Virus record (IMG/VR): IMGVR_UViG_3300042315_000041
Location: 1-25,838 of that record
Strand: one strand, 5' to 3'
From: a virus
Taxonomy: Duplodnaviria; Caudoviricetes
Length of the DNA stretch: 25,838 nucleotides
Of this stretch, positions 16,669 through 25,138 are shown one piece after another (the stretch's first letter is position 1; the number at the start of each line of letters is the position of its first letter). Below the pieces are notes generated by a model, which was not told the DNA's origin, did not search any database, and saw nothing but the letters and a program-made list of their open reading frames with translations. The position numbers and the translations under genes were made by a program.

Positions 16669-17898
16669 TCGCCAGCGGTGGGCGGTGGGAAGGACGAGGC
16701 CAGGATCATGCGCAGGCCGGTTCGCCTTGGCCGCGCGGCGCGCGCCTTCGCAGGCATATCGCAGGGCGTCGATCACGTGGTTTTTCTTGTCCTGCAGCAC
16801 CGGCAGCACCTTGCCAGTCAGCGGGTCGGTCTTGAAGCTGTAGTGCGTCAGCTCGTCAATCGTGTGCAGGCACCTCGGATGCACCACGATGTCGTAGGAC
16901 TTGAGCCACTCGACGCCTTCCTCAACGGACTTCGGCCCCTTCACGGCTGGCATGATCTTCGGAAACCCGTGCCGGCGCATGTGGCTGATCGTCTCGGGCC
17001 TGGATGAGTCGCCAACCATCGGCCACTTCTCTGCCTCGGGCACGGTCATGAACAAGTCAGGCGTGCTCGTGATCTCGCAGCCGACCATGTACGCCTCGTG
17101 GTCGATGTACAGCGTGCGGCCGAAGATGTGGCAGCGCACAAGCACTGTCGGGTCGGTAGCGAAACCCCAGTCTGCGCCCAGCCGGTGGATCGCATCGCGC
17201 GGAGCCTCGAACTCCTCAACGCGCCAGTTCTTGAACACTCGCGCGCTGCTGTTCTGCACGTAGCCGCCGCGCCATACGTGGGCGTACTTGTCCGGGTCTC
17301 GGCCCAGGTCGTACTCCATCTCGGCCCGCAGAACGTCCGGGAACCAGGGATTCTGGTCGAAGTTCACCTGCAGCACCACGGCATCCGGTGGCGGCTTCGG
17401 GCCGCGCAGCAGGTGATCCACTGGATCACTCGACAGATTCGGGTTCCACGTAAACCACAGCTCCGAGCCAGGCTTGCGGATCGTTGGCCGCAGCAGGTCC
17501 AGGCTGCGCTGGCTCAGGCTCTGCGCCTCCTCCACCCAGGCGCGGTCGTAGCCCTCCAGCGACTTGATCGAGTCGGCCGTGTGGTTCTGCATGCCCTGAA
17601 AGATCAGCAGGCCATCTCCGCGCACGGACTTGATGACTGCCTCTTGAACCTCGAAGTACGCGCCCGCGTTCAGGGATTCGATCTTGAGCTCGAGCAGGCG
17701 CTTCACCGACTGGGCCAGCGACTTCTGCACCTCGCGCACGCAAACCGAGCGGCTGCTCGGGTCCATCAGGTGCGCCTCGATCATCATCTCCGCGAACGTG
17801 TGGGACTTGCCAGAACCGCGCCCGCCGTGCGCACCCTTGTACCGGGACGGCTTCAGCAGCGGCTCGGCCCAGCTGGGGGTCTGGATTCTCAGTTCCAT
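16666..17898 (-). CDS. terL: Terminase large subunit (PBSX/SPP1-like family)
   Basis: Walker A GGRGSGKS, CVREVQKS, IKSLEG, Walker B AWVEEA, TIRKPGSELWFTWNP, nuclease GADWGF..DP, NHVIDALRYA. Confidence 0.95.
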   Translation of the reverse strand: MELRIQTPSWAEPLLKPSRYKGAHGGRGSGKSHTFAEMMIEAHLMDPSSRSVCVREVQKSLAQSVKRLLELKIESLNAGAYFEVQEAVIKSVRGDGLLIFQGMQNHTADSIKSLEGYDRAWVEEAQSLSQRSLDLLRPTIRKPGSELWFTWNPNLSSDPVDHLLRGPKPPPDAVVLQVNFDQNPWFPDVLRAEMEYDLGRDPDKYAHVWRGGYVQNSSARVFKNWRVEEFEAPRDAIHRLGADWGFATDPTVLVRCHIFGRTLYIDHEAYMVGCEITSTPDLFMTVPEAEKWPMVGDSSRPETISHMRRHGFPKIMPAVKGPKSVEEGVEWLKSYDIVVHPRCLHTIDELTHYSFKTDPLTGKVLPVLQDKKNHVIDALRYACEGARRAAKANRPAHDPGLVLPTAHRWR

Positions 17899-17904
17899 CG
17901 TGGA

Positions 17905-18288
17905 TTACTTGACGATTTCCCGCACGATTTTCGTGATGGATTCTCCGACCTGATGCGTGGTTTCGATTTTCTCGCCGTATTTCTTAGGCGCGAGTTTCGC
18001 GGCGCGCCATTGATATGCGCTCAATACTACGCGAGCTGCATGCGGGTCCATTTCTCCGTTTTCTACTCGCTCAGCCACGGACAGAATCTTCTCGTCCATT
18101 ACCTCGGCCTGGAGTTCCCTCGCGCGCGCGCACCTGTGTGAGAAGTCCGGGTCGTCCTTCTGCCAATCCATCACAGCCCAGATGCTCGGCATACGCTTGT
18201 CACGGCAGACGGATCGCATCGACTCGCCTTCGCTGATGCGCTTGACGATCTCGTCCATGACTTCGGGGGTCTTGCGGCTGGCTGGCAT
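17905..18288 (-). CDS. terS: Terminase small subunit (Sf6 gp1-like HTH)
   Basis: TPEVMDEIVKRISEGESMRSVC...MPS...W...PDF...ARARE...WRAAKLAPKKYG; directly upstream of terL. Confidence 0.85.
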   Translation of the reverse strand: MPASRKTPEVMDEIVKRISEGESMRSVCRDKRMPSIWAVMDWQKDDPDFSHRCARARELQAEVMDEKILSVAERVENGEMDPHAARVVLSAYQWRAAKLAPKKYGEKIETTHQVGESITKIVREIVK

Positions 18289-18315
18289 GTTTGCTCCAAA
18301 AGTTAGTGACCACTC

Positions 18316-18411
18316 AGGGGAGGGTAGGGGAGGGTCATCCTATTCCACGGGTATCGCGTGCGCGTGCGCGTGTGACGTATGAAACCGAACAAGTATCCCC
18401 TACCCTCCCCT
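18316..18411. repeat. 16 bp perfect inverted repeat flanking an alternating purine-pyrimidine tract; candidate replication origin
   Basis: AGGGGAGGGTAGGGGA (18316-18331) and TCCCCTACCCTCCCCT (18396-18411), with CGCGTGCGCGTGCGCGTGTG between them. Confidence 0.7.
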
Positions 18412-18423
18412 AAACCGAAAATG

Positions 18424-20760
18424 TTAGGGTAAACCCTGATTTCTGGCCTTTTCCGTTGCGTTCAGGTCGATGCCCTTCAGAGTCATGATCCCGGACATCT
18501 TAACCTTGCGCAGCCCAGAAACCAGGGTCATCTTCTCGCCCCACACCGTCTGCGAAGGCTCGTGCTCGCCGCGAGACTGCTTCCAGCGCCTGAACGATGC
18601 GTAGAGGTCTGACGATCTGGCGTGCGTTCCTGCGTCGATTTTGCAGCACTCCTCGATCCACATTGCGATGTCATCGTGCTCGGCCATGTAGTCCCGGCTG
18701 GCGTCCTCGACCTTACCTGGGATGGCTAGTCCGTCTGCATACCACTTGCGTGCGCCCTCAATCGCCCAGGCCATGATCCCAGGCGCTTCGGCTTTCAGCT
18801 TCTCGGGCAGCTTGGCATCCTTGGCTGCGCCTTCGAATTTCTGCAGAAACGGCAGCAGCACCATGCGACGAGCCATCGCAGGGTCTCCACCCTTCAAGCG
18901 CGGCTTGTGGTTCCCGGCGATCAGGTGCTTGTGCGACATCGTGAACGTGAAGTTGTCCTGACGCATGAACCGAGCCGTTAGCGTCTCGTCCCCGGTGAGT
19001 TCCTTAATCCGCGCCTCGGCCCAGAAACTGCCCTCCTCGAGCTCGTTGCTGACAGCTAGGCGCTTGCCGTGAAGCTGGGCAAGTTCGGTCGGATGCCGCT
19101 CGTTCCTGCTCGCCATCAGCGCAGTGGTTGGCAGTTTGAGGGCGTAAGAGCCCATCATCCACATGAGAATGTCGAGCAGCGTAGATTTTCCGTTACTGCC
19201 CTGACCGTGCGCGAAAAACAGTTTCTGCTCGCGTCTGTCGCCGGACAGACAATACCCACACATCCTCTGCACAAACTCTATTGTATCAATATCGTCTGCG
19301 AACACTTGTGATATGAACCGGAGCCAGTTCTCTGTCGGTTGCTGAGTATCTGGAGATACCCGAGAAATCTGCGTCAGATACTGCCCACGATTACGCTCGT
19401 GGAGTTTGCCGGTGCGTAGATCAACGATCCCTGCCGGGGTGTTGATCATCAGCGGATCGCTGTCCCACTGAGCGGCCGGAACCACGATAGCCGGGTCAGA
19501 CTGCGCTAGGAACAGAAGCGCGTTGACGGTCTTTGCGCTGGTAATGGCCTTGCGGATTTTCGCGTCGGCAAGCTGCGCTGATGCACGAGCGGTGCGCCTA
19601 GCAAGGTCGAACCGAATCAGGTGTTCGTCTCGCTTCCAGTGTGTGCCATCATCGTGCATCCAGCCAAGGCCTGGAGACCACCTCAAGCCGGCCCCGTACT
19701 GCGCAACGAACTCCAGCGCAAGCGAGTCGTCCGAGAACTCGGGCGGCAGTGCTTCGACCTCTCCGGTCTCGGGGTCGATGATTTCGGTGGCTTGTGGCGG
19801 TGCGGGCAGGGCCGGTGGCGTTCGCGTGGCGACCGGAGCCCACACCGATGCCCGATTAATCGCCCAGGCCCTGAAGTCCTGCCACGAACTAAATCCCGCG
19901 TCGGCCGCATCCGATCCGTCAGGCTGGCCCGATACGTCCAGCACCTTGACCTCGGCCGCATCCCCGGCGATGATCTGTGCCACACGTTGCATGGCCTTTT
20001 TGCCAGGCTCATCTGCGTCCGGCCACAAGAGCACCTTGCGTCCCTTGAGCGGCGTCCAATCGGCTTTGTCCACCGCCATCGCGCCTGCGGGCCATGTGAC
20101 CACCGCATAAGGCGTGGCAAACCCACGCGCGGCGTCTGCGGCTTTCTCTCCCTCGACCACCAGCACGGCGGCATTGGGACGAGCCGCGAGTTCCTGCAGC
20201 CCGTACAGCGGCCTCGGCGCGGGCCACTGGCCCATGCCCCAGGCGTCTCCGTCCCATGTCCAAGGGATGATCTGCTTTCGGTCGCCTGCAGGGTCGTAAC
20301 GTGCGACGTAGCCCAGCACCTCGCCGTTGCCGTCGAAGTACGTCCAGCGGTGCGATGGCTGCCCGAATCGCGGATGCACACAGGCGCAGTCTGCGATGGC
20401 TTCCGGGACCGGCGTCACGACGCGCCGAGCTGGTTCCGAAGGCGGCGGCGGTCGGTGCGTTCCGTTGACGCTAGCAGCCGGCTTGGATTCCCCGCCGAGC
20501 TGCTTGTAGGCGTCGCCCATCTGCAGGCCGTGGATGGCCGCGTACAGACTGATTAGGTCGCTGCCGTGGTCGCCCGTGGCGAAGTCCGACCATGCGCCGT
20601 TGGACAGGTTGATCTTGAGCGACTGACCGGAAGCCCCGCTTAGGTCTCCAGCCACCCATGCGGTTCCGCGTTTGCGGCCTCCGGGTAGCCAGGATGCGAG
20701 GTGAGATTCAGCCGATGCGAGCAGTTGACGGGCCAGGCCGTCGAAGTCGAGGCCGGCCAT
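18424..20760 (-). CDS. Primase-helicase fusion: TOPRIM primase plus D5/P4-type SF3 helicase
   Basis: VLVVEGEKAADA and LLWPDAD (TOPRIM); GQGSNGKST Walker A, IKELTGDETLTARFM, GNHKP, AMARRM (D5-like SF3). Confidence 0.9.
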   Translation of the reverse strand: MAGLDFDGLARQLLASAESHLASWLPGGRKRGTAWVAGDLSGASGQSLKINLSNGAWSDFATGDHGSDLISLYAAIHGLQMGDAYKQLGGESKPAASVNGTHRPPPPSEPARRVVTPVPEAIADCACVHPRFGQPSHRWTYFDGNGEVLGYVARYDPAGDRKQIIPWTWDGDAWGMGQWPAPRPLYGLQELAARPNAAVLVVEGEKAADAARGFATPYAVVTWPAGAMAVDKADWTPLKGRKVLLWPDADEPGKKAMQRVAQIIAGDAAEVKVLDVSGQPDGSDAADAGFSSWQDFRAWAINRASVWAPVATRTPPALPAPPQATEIIDPETGEVEALPPEFSDDSLALEFVAQYGAGLRWSPGLGWMHDDGTHWKRDEHLIRFDLARRTARASAQLADAKIRKAITSAKTVNALLFLAQSDPAIVVPAAQWDSDPLMINTPAGIVDLRTGKLHERNRGQYLTQISRVSPDTQQPTENWLRFISQVFADDIDTIEFVQRMCGYCLSGDRREQKLFFAHGQGSNGKSTLLDILMWMMGSYALKLPTTALMASRNERHPTELAQLHGKRLAVSNELEEGSFWAEARIKELTGDETLTARFMRQDNFTFTMSHKHLIAGNHKPRLKGGDPAMARRMVLLPFLQKFEGAAKDAKLPEKLKAEAPGIMAWAIEGARKWYADGLAIPGKVEDASRDYMAEHDDIAMWIEECCKIDAGTHARSSDLYASFRRWKQSRGEHEPSQTVWGEKMTLVSGLRKVKMSGIMTLKGIDLNATEKARNQGLP

Positions 20761-20762
20761 TC

Positions 20763-20999
20763 TCAGACCTCGCCGTCGATGTCCGCGTTTGCGCGCTCCG
20801 TGAGGATCTGCTCGCGCTGCATGATGAGCCGCGTCACAGCCACGACATCGGCCCCCGTAAAGTCTCGCACTCGACTTTGCAGGAGCATCTTCTTCGCCAT
20901 GTCCAGCGAATCGCCTACTTGCACCAGCGCGTCGTGCCAGTGGCTTTCCCCGCGCAGGTTCTTCAGCGCAAGGTCGAAAGGATGCGTATCAGGGTTCAC
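20763..20999 (-). CDS. Hypothetical protein
   Basis: GTG start with GAGGTG RBS; 78 aa; abuts the primase gene. Confidence 0.7.
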   Translation of the reverse strand: MNPDTHPFDLALKNLRGESHWHDALVQVGDSLDMAKKMLLQSRVRDFTGADVVAVTRLIMQREQILTERANADIDGEV

Positions 21000-21027
21000 G
21001 TTTTCACCTCACAAACAAACAGACGGA

Positions 21028-21092
21028 CGGGCCGGAACGTCATCCGGCCCGCTTATAGTATAGCCCGCTCATGCGGGCGGTCGTCAAGCCCT
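21028..21092 (-). promoter_or_regulatory. Candidate replication-operon promoter plus 5' hairpin
   Basis: TTGACG-19 nt-TATACT with GCCCGC-ATGA-GCGGGC dyad in the spacer, followed by CGGGCCGGA-N6-TCCGGCCCG (21028-21051). Confidence 0.5.
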
Positions 21093-21471
21093 ACCAGGGC
21101 ACATCATCGTCCATGCTATCGAACCCGGTTCCGCTCGATGCACGCGGCGCAGTCTCCCGAGCCCTGCGCTCCGCGATGGCCTGAGCGTCCCTCTCGGCCT
21201 GAGACGGACGCCTCGGTGCGGCCGGTGCCGGCGCTGCCGCAGGAGCCGGCGCAGGCGCAGCGGCGGGGTAAGAGGCATCCTTGGGCTGAACGCTGAGGGA
21301 CATGTACTTCTGCCCCTCGAGCTTCGTGCCCTCGCGTCCCTCCTTAATCCAGGCCGACAGCCAGTATTCAACCCCGGCCACGTTGATTGAGCCACGGTAG
21401 TCGGGGCGGGATTCGTTGCCCTGCTTGTCGTTGCGGGTGAGCATGCCCCGGTTGGTGTTGTCGTAGTTCAT
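21091..21471 (-). CDS. Putative single-stranded DNA-binding protein
   Basis: RPDYRGSINVAGVEYWLSAW...YMSLSV beta core, Pro/Ala linker, SSB-like acidic tip MDDDVPW. Confidence 0.6.
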   Translation of the reverse strand: MNYDNTNRGMLTRNDKQGNESRPDYRGSINVAGVEYWLSAWIKEGREGTKLEGQKYMSLSVQPKDASYPAAAPAPAPAAAPAPAAPRRPSQAERDAQAIAERRARETAPRASSGTGFDSMDDDVPW

Positions 21472-21483
21472 GCGATGGTCTCC

Positions 21484-22362
21484 TCAGAATTCACCTGCTG
21501 CCGGGAACAGATCAAGATGTGTCCCGTACAGCTTCGACATGGGATTGCCTTGCAGGAAATTGCTCAAGGCGCTCATGGTCTTGTTGTACGTTTCCTCGCG
21601 CACCGACGGACTGCTGGCCCCGCGCAGTGAGCGTGTGAAGTCGCGCAGCCGTATTGCCGCCGATTCGTGCTCACCTCGCACAATCCCCGTGCGCAGCACC
21701 TCCATGAACCTTTGAATCTTGTCCCTGTCTTGCGAGTATGCGGCCTTCGCACACACAGCCAAAACAGCAGAGCTCATGCCGGCAGTCTTGCGAGTTCCAG
21801 AACACACGAAATCAACAACATCGGCGTGATCTTGGTAAGCATCCAGCAGCTCATTGAATGACTTGGAGCCCTGATCTCTCGGGCCGTACCTGATCAGGCG
21901 CGCCACGCCGGCCTTGCGGCTCTCGAGCTCTGCTCCGAGAAAATTCGCCACATCGTTGATCGTGCGAGTCAGTCCGCGATCCATTGCCGCAATCGTTTCG
22001 CGCGGCACGTTTCGGGCCACCAGCAGCTCCTGTTGGCGTCCGCTGCGAACGATGGCGTTGAGTGTGTGCTGACCGTTTCCAAGAGCGCCCGTCTCAAGGA
22101 AGCAGATTGCCACGGGCTTACGTTCCCAATGGAGTGTCTCCATGTCCCGCGCATACTGCGCCACAGTTGGCTCGCGCAGGCGACGGTTGCCCGTGTTCTG
22201 TTCCAGCCACTTCTTCGCAAGCGCCGGGGTCACGATTTCGACCGTCAGCGTCATCTGTCCATACTGAAGCATACGTCTCTCCTCATGATGCGGCGTCTCT
22301 GCCGCTATCTGTGCCGCCACTATCTCGGCAGCCCTAGCCCTAATCGCCGTCATGTCGATCAT
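21484..22362 (-). CDS. ParB/Srx-superfamily (DGQHR-like) protein
   Basis: VTPALAKKWLEQNTGNRRL...YARDM...W...GNGQHTLNAI...MDRGLTRT matches the phage ParB-N-like pattern. Confidence 0.65.
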   Translation of the reverse strand: MIDMTAIRARAAEIVAAQIAAETPHHEERRMLQYGQMTLTVEIVTPALAKKWLEQNTGNRRLREPTVAQYARDMETLHWERKPVAICFLETGALGNGQHTLNAIVRSGRQQELLVARNVPRETIAAMDRGLTRTINDVANFLGAELESRKAGVARLIRYGPRDQGSKSFNELLDAYQDHADVVDFVCSGTRKTAGMSSAVLAVCAKAAYSQDRDKIQRFMEVLRTGIVRGEHESAAIRLRDFTRSLRGASSPSVREETYNKTMSALSNFLQGNPMSKLYGTHLDLFPAAGEF

Positions 22363-22582
22363 CTATGTCCTCTCTGCGCCTCTGGCGCGGTTGTGCGGGC
22401 CTGCGCCCGAGGTGAAACTGATGGCAGAAAGTGCAGTGGTATACCTGCCGAGACTTGCCGCGTCTGGTGCCACGCACGGCGACGAGCTGGGCCTGAGTGA
22501 ACGATGAAAAACTGACCTTACCATCGCACGCCGAAGCCCGGTACGTGTCGCGTGGCGAGTGCGCGGGCTGGTGGTCGCTCAC
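22340..22582 (-). CDS. Small putative Zn-binding protein
   Basis: GTG at 22582 after GGGGAG; C-D-G-K...VYHCTFCHQFHL. Confidence 0.65.
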   Translation of the reverse strand: MSDHQPAHSPRDTYRASACDGKVSFSSFTQAQLVAVRGTRRGKSRQVYHCTFCHQFHLGRRPAQPRQRRREDIDDRHDGD

Positions 22583-22629
22583 GGCTCCCCCGCACCGATA
22601 CGAACACGCGCTGTGCTCACGGCTCCCCC
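22577..22629. repeat. 15 bp direct repeat, 38 bp period
   Basis: GCTCACGGCTCCCCC at 22577-22591 and 22615-22629. Confidence 0.9.
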
Positions 22630-23111
22630 AGTATCTCAATCGCATCCTCCACCGACTGCACAATGCCAGCAACGCCGCCGTTGGCCTGACACGCGCCGAT
22701 GAGCATCTCCTGCTCGATGGTGCCCTTGCGCACACCGGGCCGCTTGCACTCCAGCAGGAACAGCCGCCCATCGGTGAGCTGCCCGAGGTAATCGCTTGCG
22801 CCGCGCGTGATGCCAGACATGCCGCGCATGTACAGCCGATAGAACACCGTGTAGCGATCCCCGTCCTGCACCGCGCCAGAGTTCAGGCGCATGAACCACG
22901 CCACGCGCCGATGCACCCGCAGCAGGTCGAACACTGCGCGCATGACGTCGGCTTCAGTGGCGTCTGTGCTGGGCTGGCGTTTGGCTCGAGGTTTTGGAGG
23001 CGGCGGCGCGGTGAGCTCGACCCGTGGCCGGTCACTGAGTGCGGCGTAGAGGTCCATGCTCGCCTGGTTGCGGGCGATGGTTTCGCGGAGGGTTTCGCGG
23101 CGGCGGGTCAT
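22617..23111 (-). CDS. VRR-NUC (PD-(D/E)XK) nuclease, probable Holliday junction resolvase
   Basis: ATGA-coupled start at 23111; TEADV...RLNSG...GASDYLG..DGRLFLLECKRPG...EQ...GGVAGIVQSVEDA. Confidence 0.85.
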   Translation of the reverse strand: MTRRRETLRETIARNQASMDLYAALSDRPRVELTAPPPPKPRAKRQPSTDATEADVMRAVFDLLRVHRRVAWFMRLNSGAVQDGDRYTVFYRLYMRGMSGITRGASDYLGQLTDGRLFLLECKRPGVRKGTIEQEMLIGACQANGGVAGIVQSVEDAIEILGEP

Positions 23112-24920
23112 GCGAGATGCTCCGCGATACGCCGACCGATCCACCGCACCACCGGCACCGCCCAGGAGTTGCCGAGGGCCTTGTAGCGCGGGCCGTCGGG
23201 GCACTCGCTTGCGGGCTTCTTGCGCCACGGGATGGCGGTGTAGCCGTCAGGGAAACCTTGCAAGCGCTCGCACTCGACGGGGGTTAGGCGGCGCACTTGC
23301 ATGGACACAGGTGGCAGCACGCACGCACCCTCGCCGCCGGCATCACGGCGCAGGCAGTTTGCAAGGTCATCGCCAACCTTGGGAGTCGTGTCGTCTTGGA
23401 CGAAGACCGCCGCCGTCGCACACCCTTGCCCGTTGCCGGTGCCGATGGCGTGGCAAACATCGGTGTTGCTGATCGGGTCTTGGGTGGGGTGGAAGGCGAT
23501 GTAGTTCTGCTGCTGCGCGCCAGCATCAGCTGCCAGCGCGCCGACCACCTGACCGTCGCCGCCGATCTGACGCACCTCGCTGCGGCTGTTCTGAGTGAAC
23601 GCCACCGCCACCCCCTGCGTAGCGTGCGTGTCCACGGTGTACGCCGTTCCGTCGTCGTTCCATCCGCGCCCGTTCTGGGCCTTGTTCATGGCGCGAACGT
23701 CCTGCAGTGCCACCGGCTGCATCACCACCGCGTGCTCCGCATTCGATCTTGCCAGCGTGTGGCACGGGTCACCGGGCTCGCGCGACTGCCGATTTACGGG
23801 CGCGGTGATGTTGAAGAAGTCGTAGGTGACCGGCTGCATCACCGCCGTCGTCGTGCTGTTCTCCACGCCGCTCGGGATGCGAGCGCGCAGGCTGCTGGAT
23901 AGGTCGGTGAGGCTCGCCACGCTGGCTGTGCCATCTGTGCCGTGGAGGGTGATGCCGACAGGCCCATCGAAGCCGCCCCCGATGGTAGGAATCAGCGTCT
24001 CCGATTCCGCATCCAGCCGCCGCTGCCCCCCCCGCGTTGAGGCACATGGAAACGACGGCGTGCTGGTCTACGCAGTTCTGCGTATACGCCACATCAGCAA
24101 GCACCTCACCATGCTGCGGCCCGGCTTCTGGCTTTCTGCCGATGGCGGCGCCCTTGATGCACCATGTCTGCTGAATTACTCCTCCGTCGCAGTCAAAGTC
24201 GGTTCCGAGGCCGCCGCCTGCAGTGCTGCGTGAAGGGATGGTGGGAGCGACTTTCCCCGCTTCTCTGCTCGGCGCAGAATCCCGGCGCACGCCGTCGAAC
24301 TCAAGAAGAACCGCTGCGGGATCGAACCCGTCTCGAGCACTTGCGACAACGAACACACGCTTGCGTCGTTGGGCCAGGCCGAAATATTGGGCATCCAAGA
24401 CGCGCCAGGCAACTGTTCTTTCGGGTCCAGCAACCACACCCGCGTCGGTCCACCCGGTCGCGGCCAGCGGGTCGATGGGGGTATCGCATCCAGCAAGCGC
24501 GGAGATGAAGCATCCGAAGGCGTTGTCGCGGGTTGAAAGGACTCCGGGCACGTTTTCCCAGAAGACGATGCACTCTGGTTCGCCTCGGGTTCGTCGAACA
24601 TCATCAATTGCATTTGCGATCTCGCAGAAGGTGAGCGACAGGTTTCCCCGCGCGTCGTCAAGGGACCGGCGCAGGCCGGCAACGCTGAAGGCTTGGCAGG
24701 GCGTGCCGCCGCAGAACACATCAGGTGCTTCGACCTCACCCAACCGGATGCGCGCTGGCAGCGTGGTCATGTCGCCCAGGTTTGGCACCTCTGGGTAGTG
24801 GTGGGCCAGCACCGCCGATGGGAACGGCTCAATTTCAGCCAGCCACGCCGCACGCCAACCAAGCGGATGCCACGCCACGCTGGCGGCTTCGATGCCGCTG
24901 CATACGCTGCCGAATCTCAC
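23108..24920 (-). CDS. C5 cytosine DNA methyltransferase, frameshifted at a G8 tract (24026-24033)
   Basis: GTG at 24920 with GGAGG. Motifs I (FGSVCSGIEA), IV (GGTPCQAFS), VI (WENVPG) and VIII (QRRKRVF) are in one frame; IX/X (RRLTPVECERLQGFPD...YKALGNS) are in another. Removing one G joins them into 603 aa. Confidence 0.9.
24176..24613 (-). CDS. Overlapping alternative-frame ORF inside the methyltransferase; putative beta polypeptide
   Basis: MQLMMFDE...SSGKTCPES...WPNDASVCSLSQVLETGSIPQRFFLSSTACAGILRRAEKRGKSLPPSLHAAL; pattern recalled from internal ORFs of dcm-type genes. Confidence 0.6.
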   Translation of the reverse strand: MQLMMFDEPEANQSASSSGKTCPESFQPATTPSDASSPRLLDAIPPSTRWPRPGGPTRVWLLDPKEQLPGASWMPNISAWPNDASVCSLSQVLETGSIPQRFFLSSTACAGILRRAEKRGKSLPPSLHAALQAAASEPTLTATEE

Positions 24921-25138
24921 CGATGGCCTCCCACAAACGCCACCGTCAGAAACACCCCAGCGTGCTGCAGTTTCACTAGCGCCGGGATGCCCCGCCTCCT
25001 CCAGTTCGCCACCCGCTGCGGGCCGCCGGCACCGAAACCGAGCCGTCGCGCCAGCGCAGTCGGGCCGCCGAGGTTGTCGATGATTTCGGAGTCGGGGTGC
25101 AGGCTCAGGCTGTGAGCCAGTGGGGGTGATATCGTCAT
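24917..25138 (-). CDS. Cro-like HTH transcriptional regulator
   Basis: DSEIIDNLGGPTALARRLGF...QRVANWRRRGIP; first gene of the leftward operon; TGA overlaps the MTase GTG. Confidence 0.75.
   Translation of the reverse strand: MTISPPLAHSLSLHPDSEIIDNLGGPTALARRLGFGAGGPQRVANWRRRGIPALVKLQHAGVFLTVAFVGGHR

Noticed and set aside
17905-18288. pac site inside terS, as in P22
   Set aside because: Plausible by analogy, but no sequence could be identified without read-end data.
19180-19420. Lower-GC patch within the helicase as an insertion or intein
   Set aside because: The D5-like protein sequence is continuous with no extra length; at most an allelic recombination patch.
21215-21270. GCCGGCGC-like repeats as a DNA element
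   Set aside because: They simply encode the Pro/Ala linker of the SSB-like protein.
23108-23920. 270 aa ORF as an independent gene
   Set aside because: Its frame stays open up to the G8 tract and it holds only motifs IX/X, so it is better read as the C-terminal part of the frameshifted methyltransferase.
29-24798. Many long plus-strand ORFs (e.g. 14357-15769, 11664-12701, 17098-18141, 7808-8860)
   Set aside because: Antisense shadows of GC3-rich minus-strand genes; no RBS or recognisable motifs.
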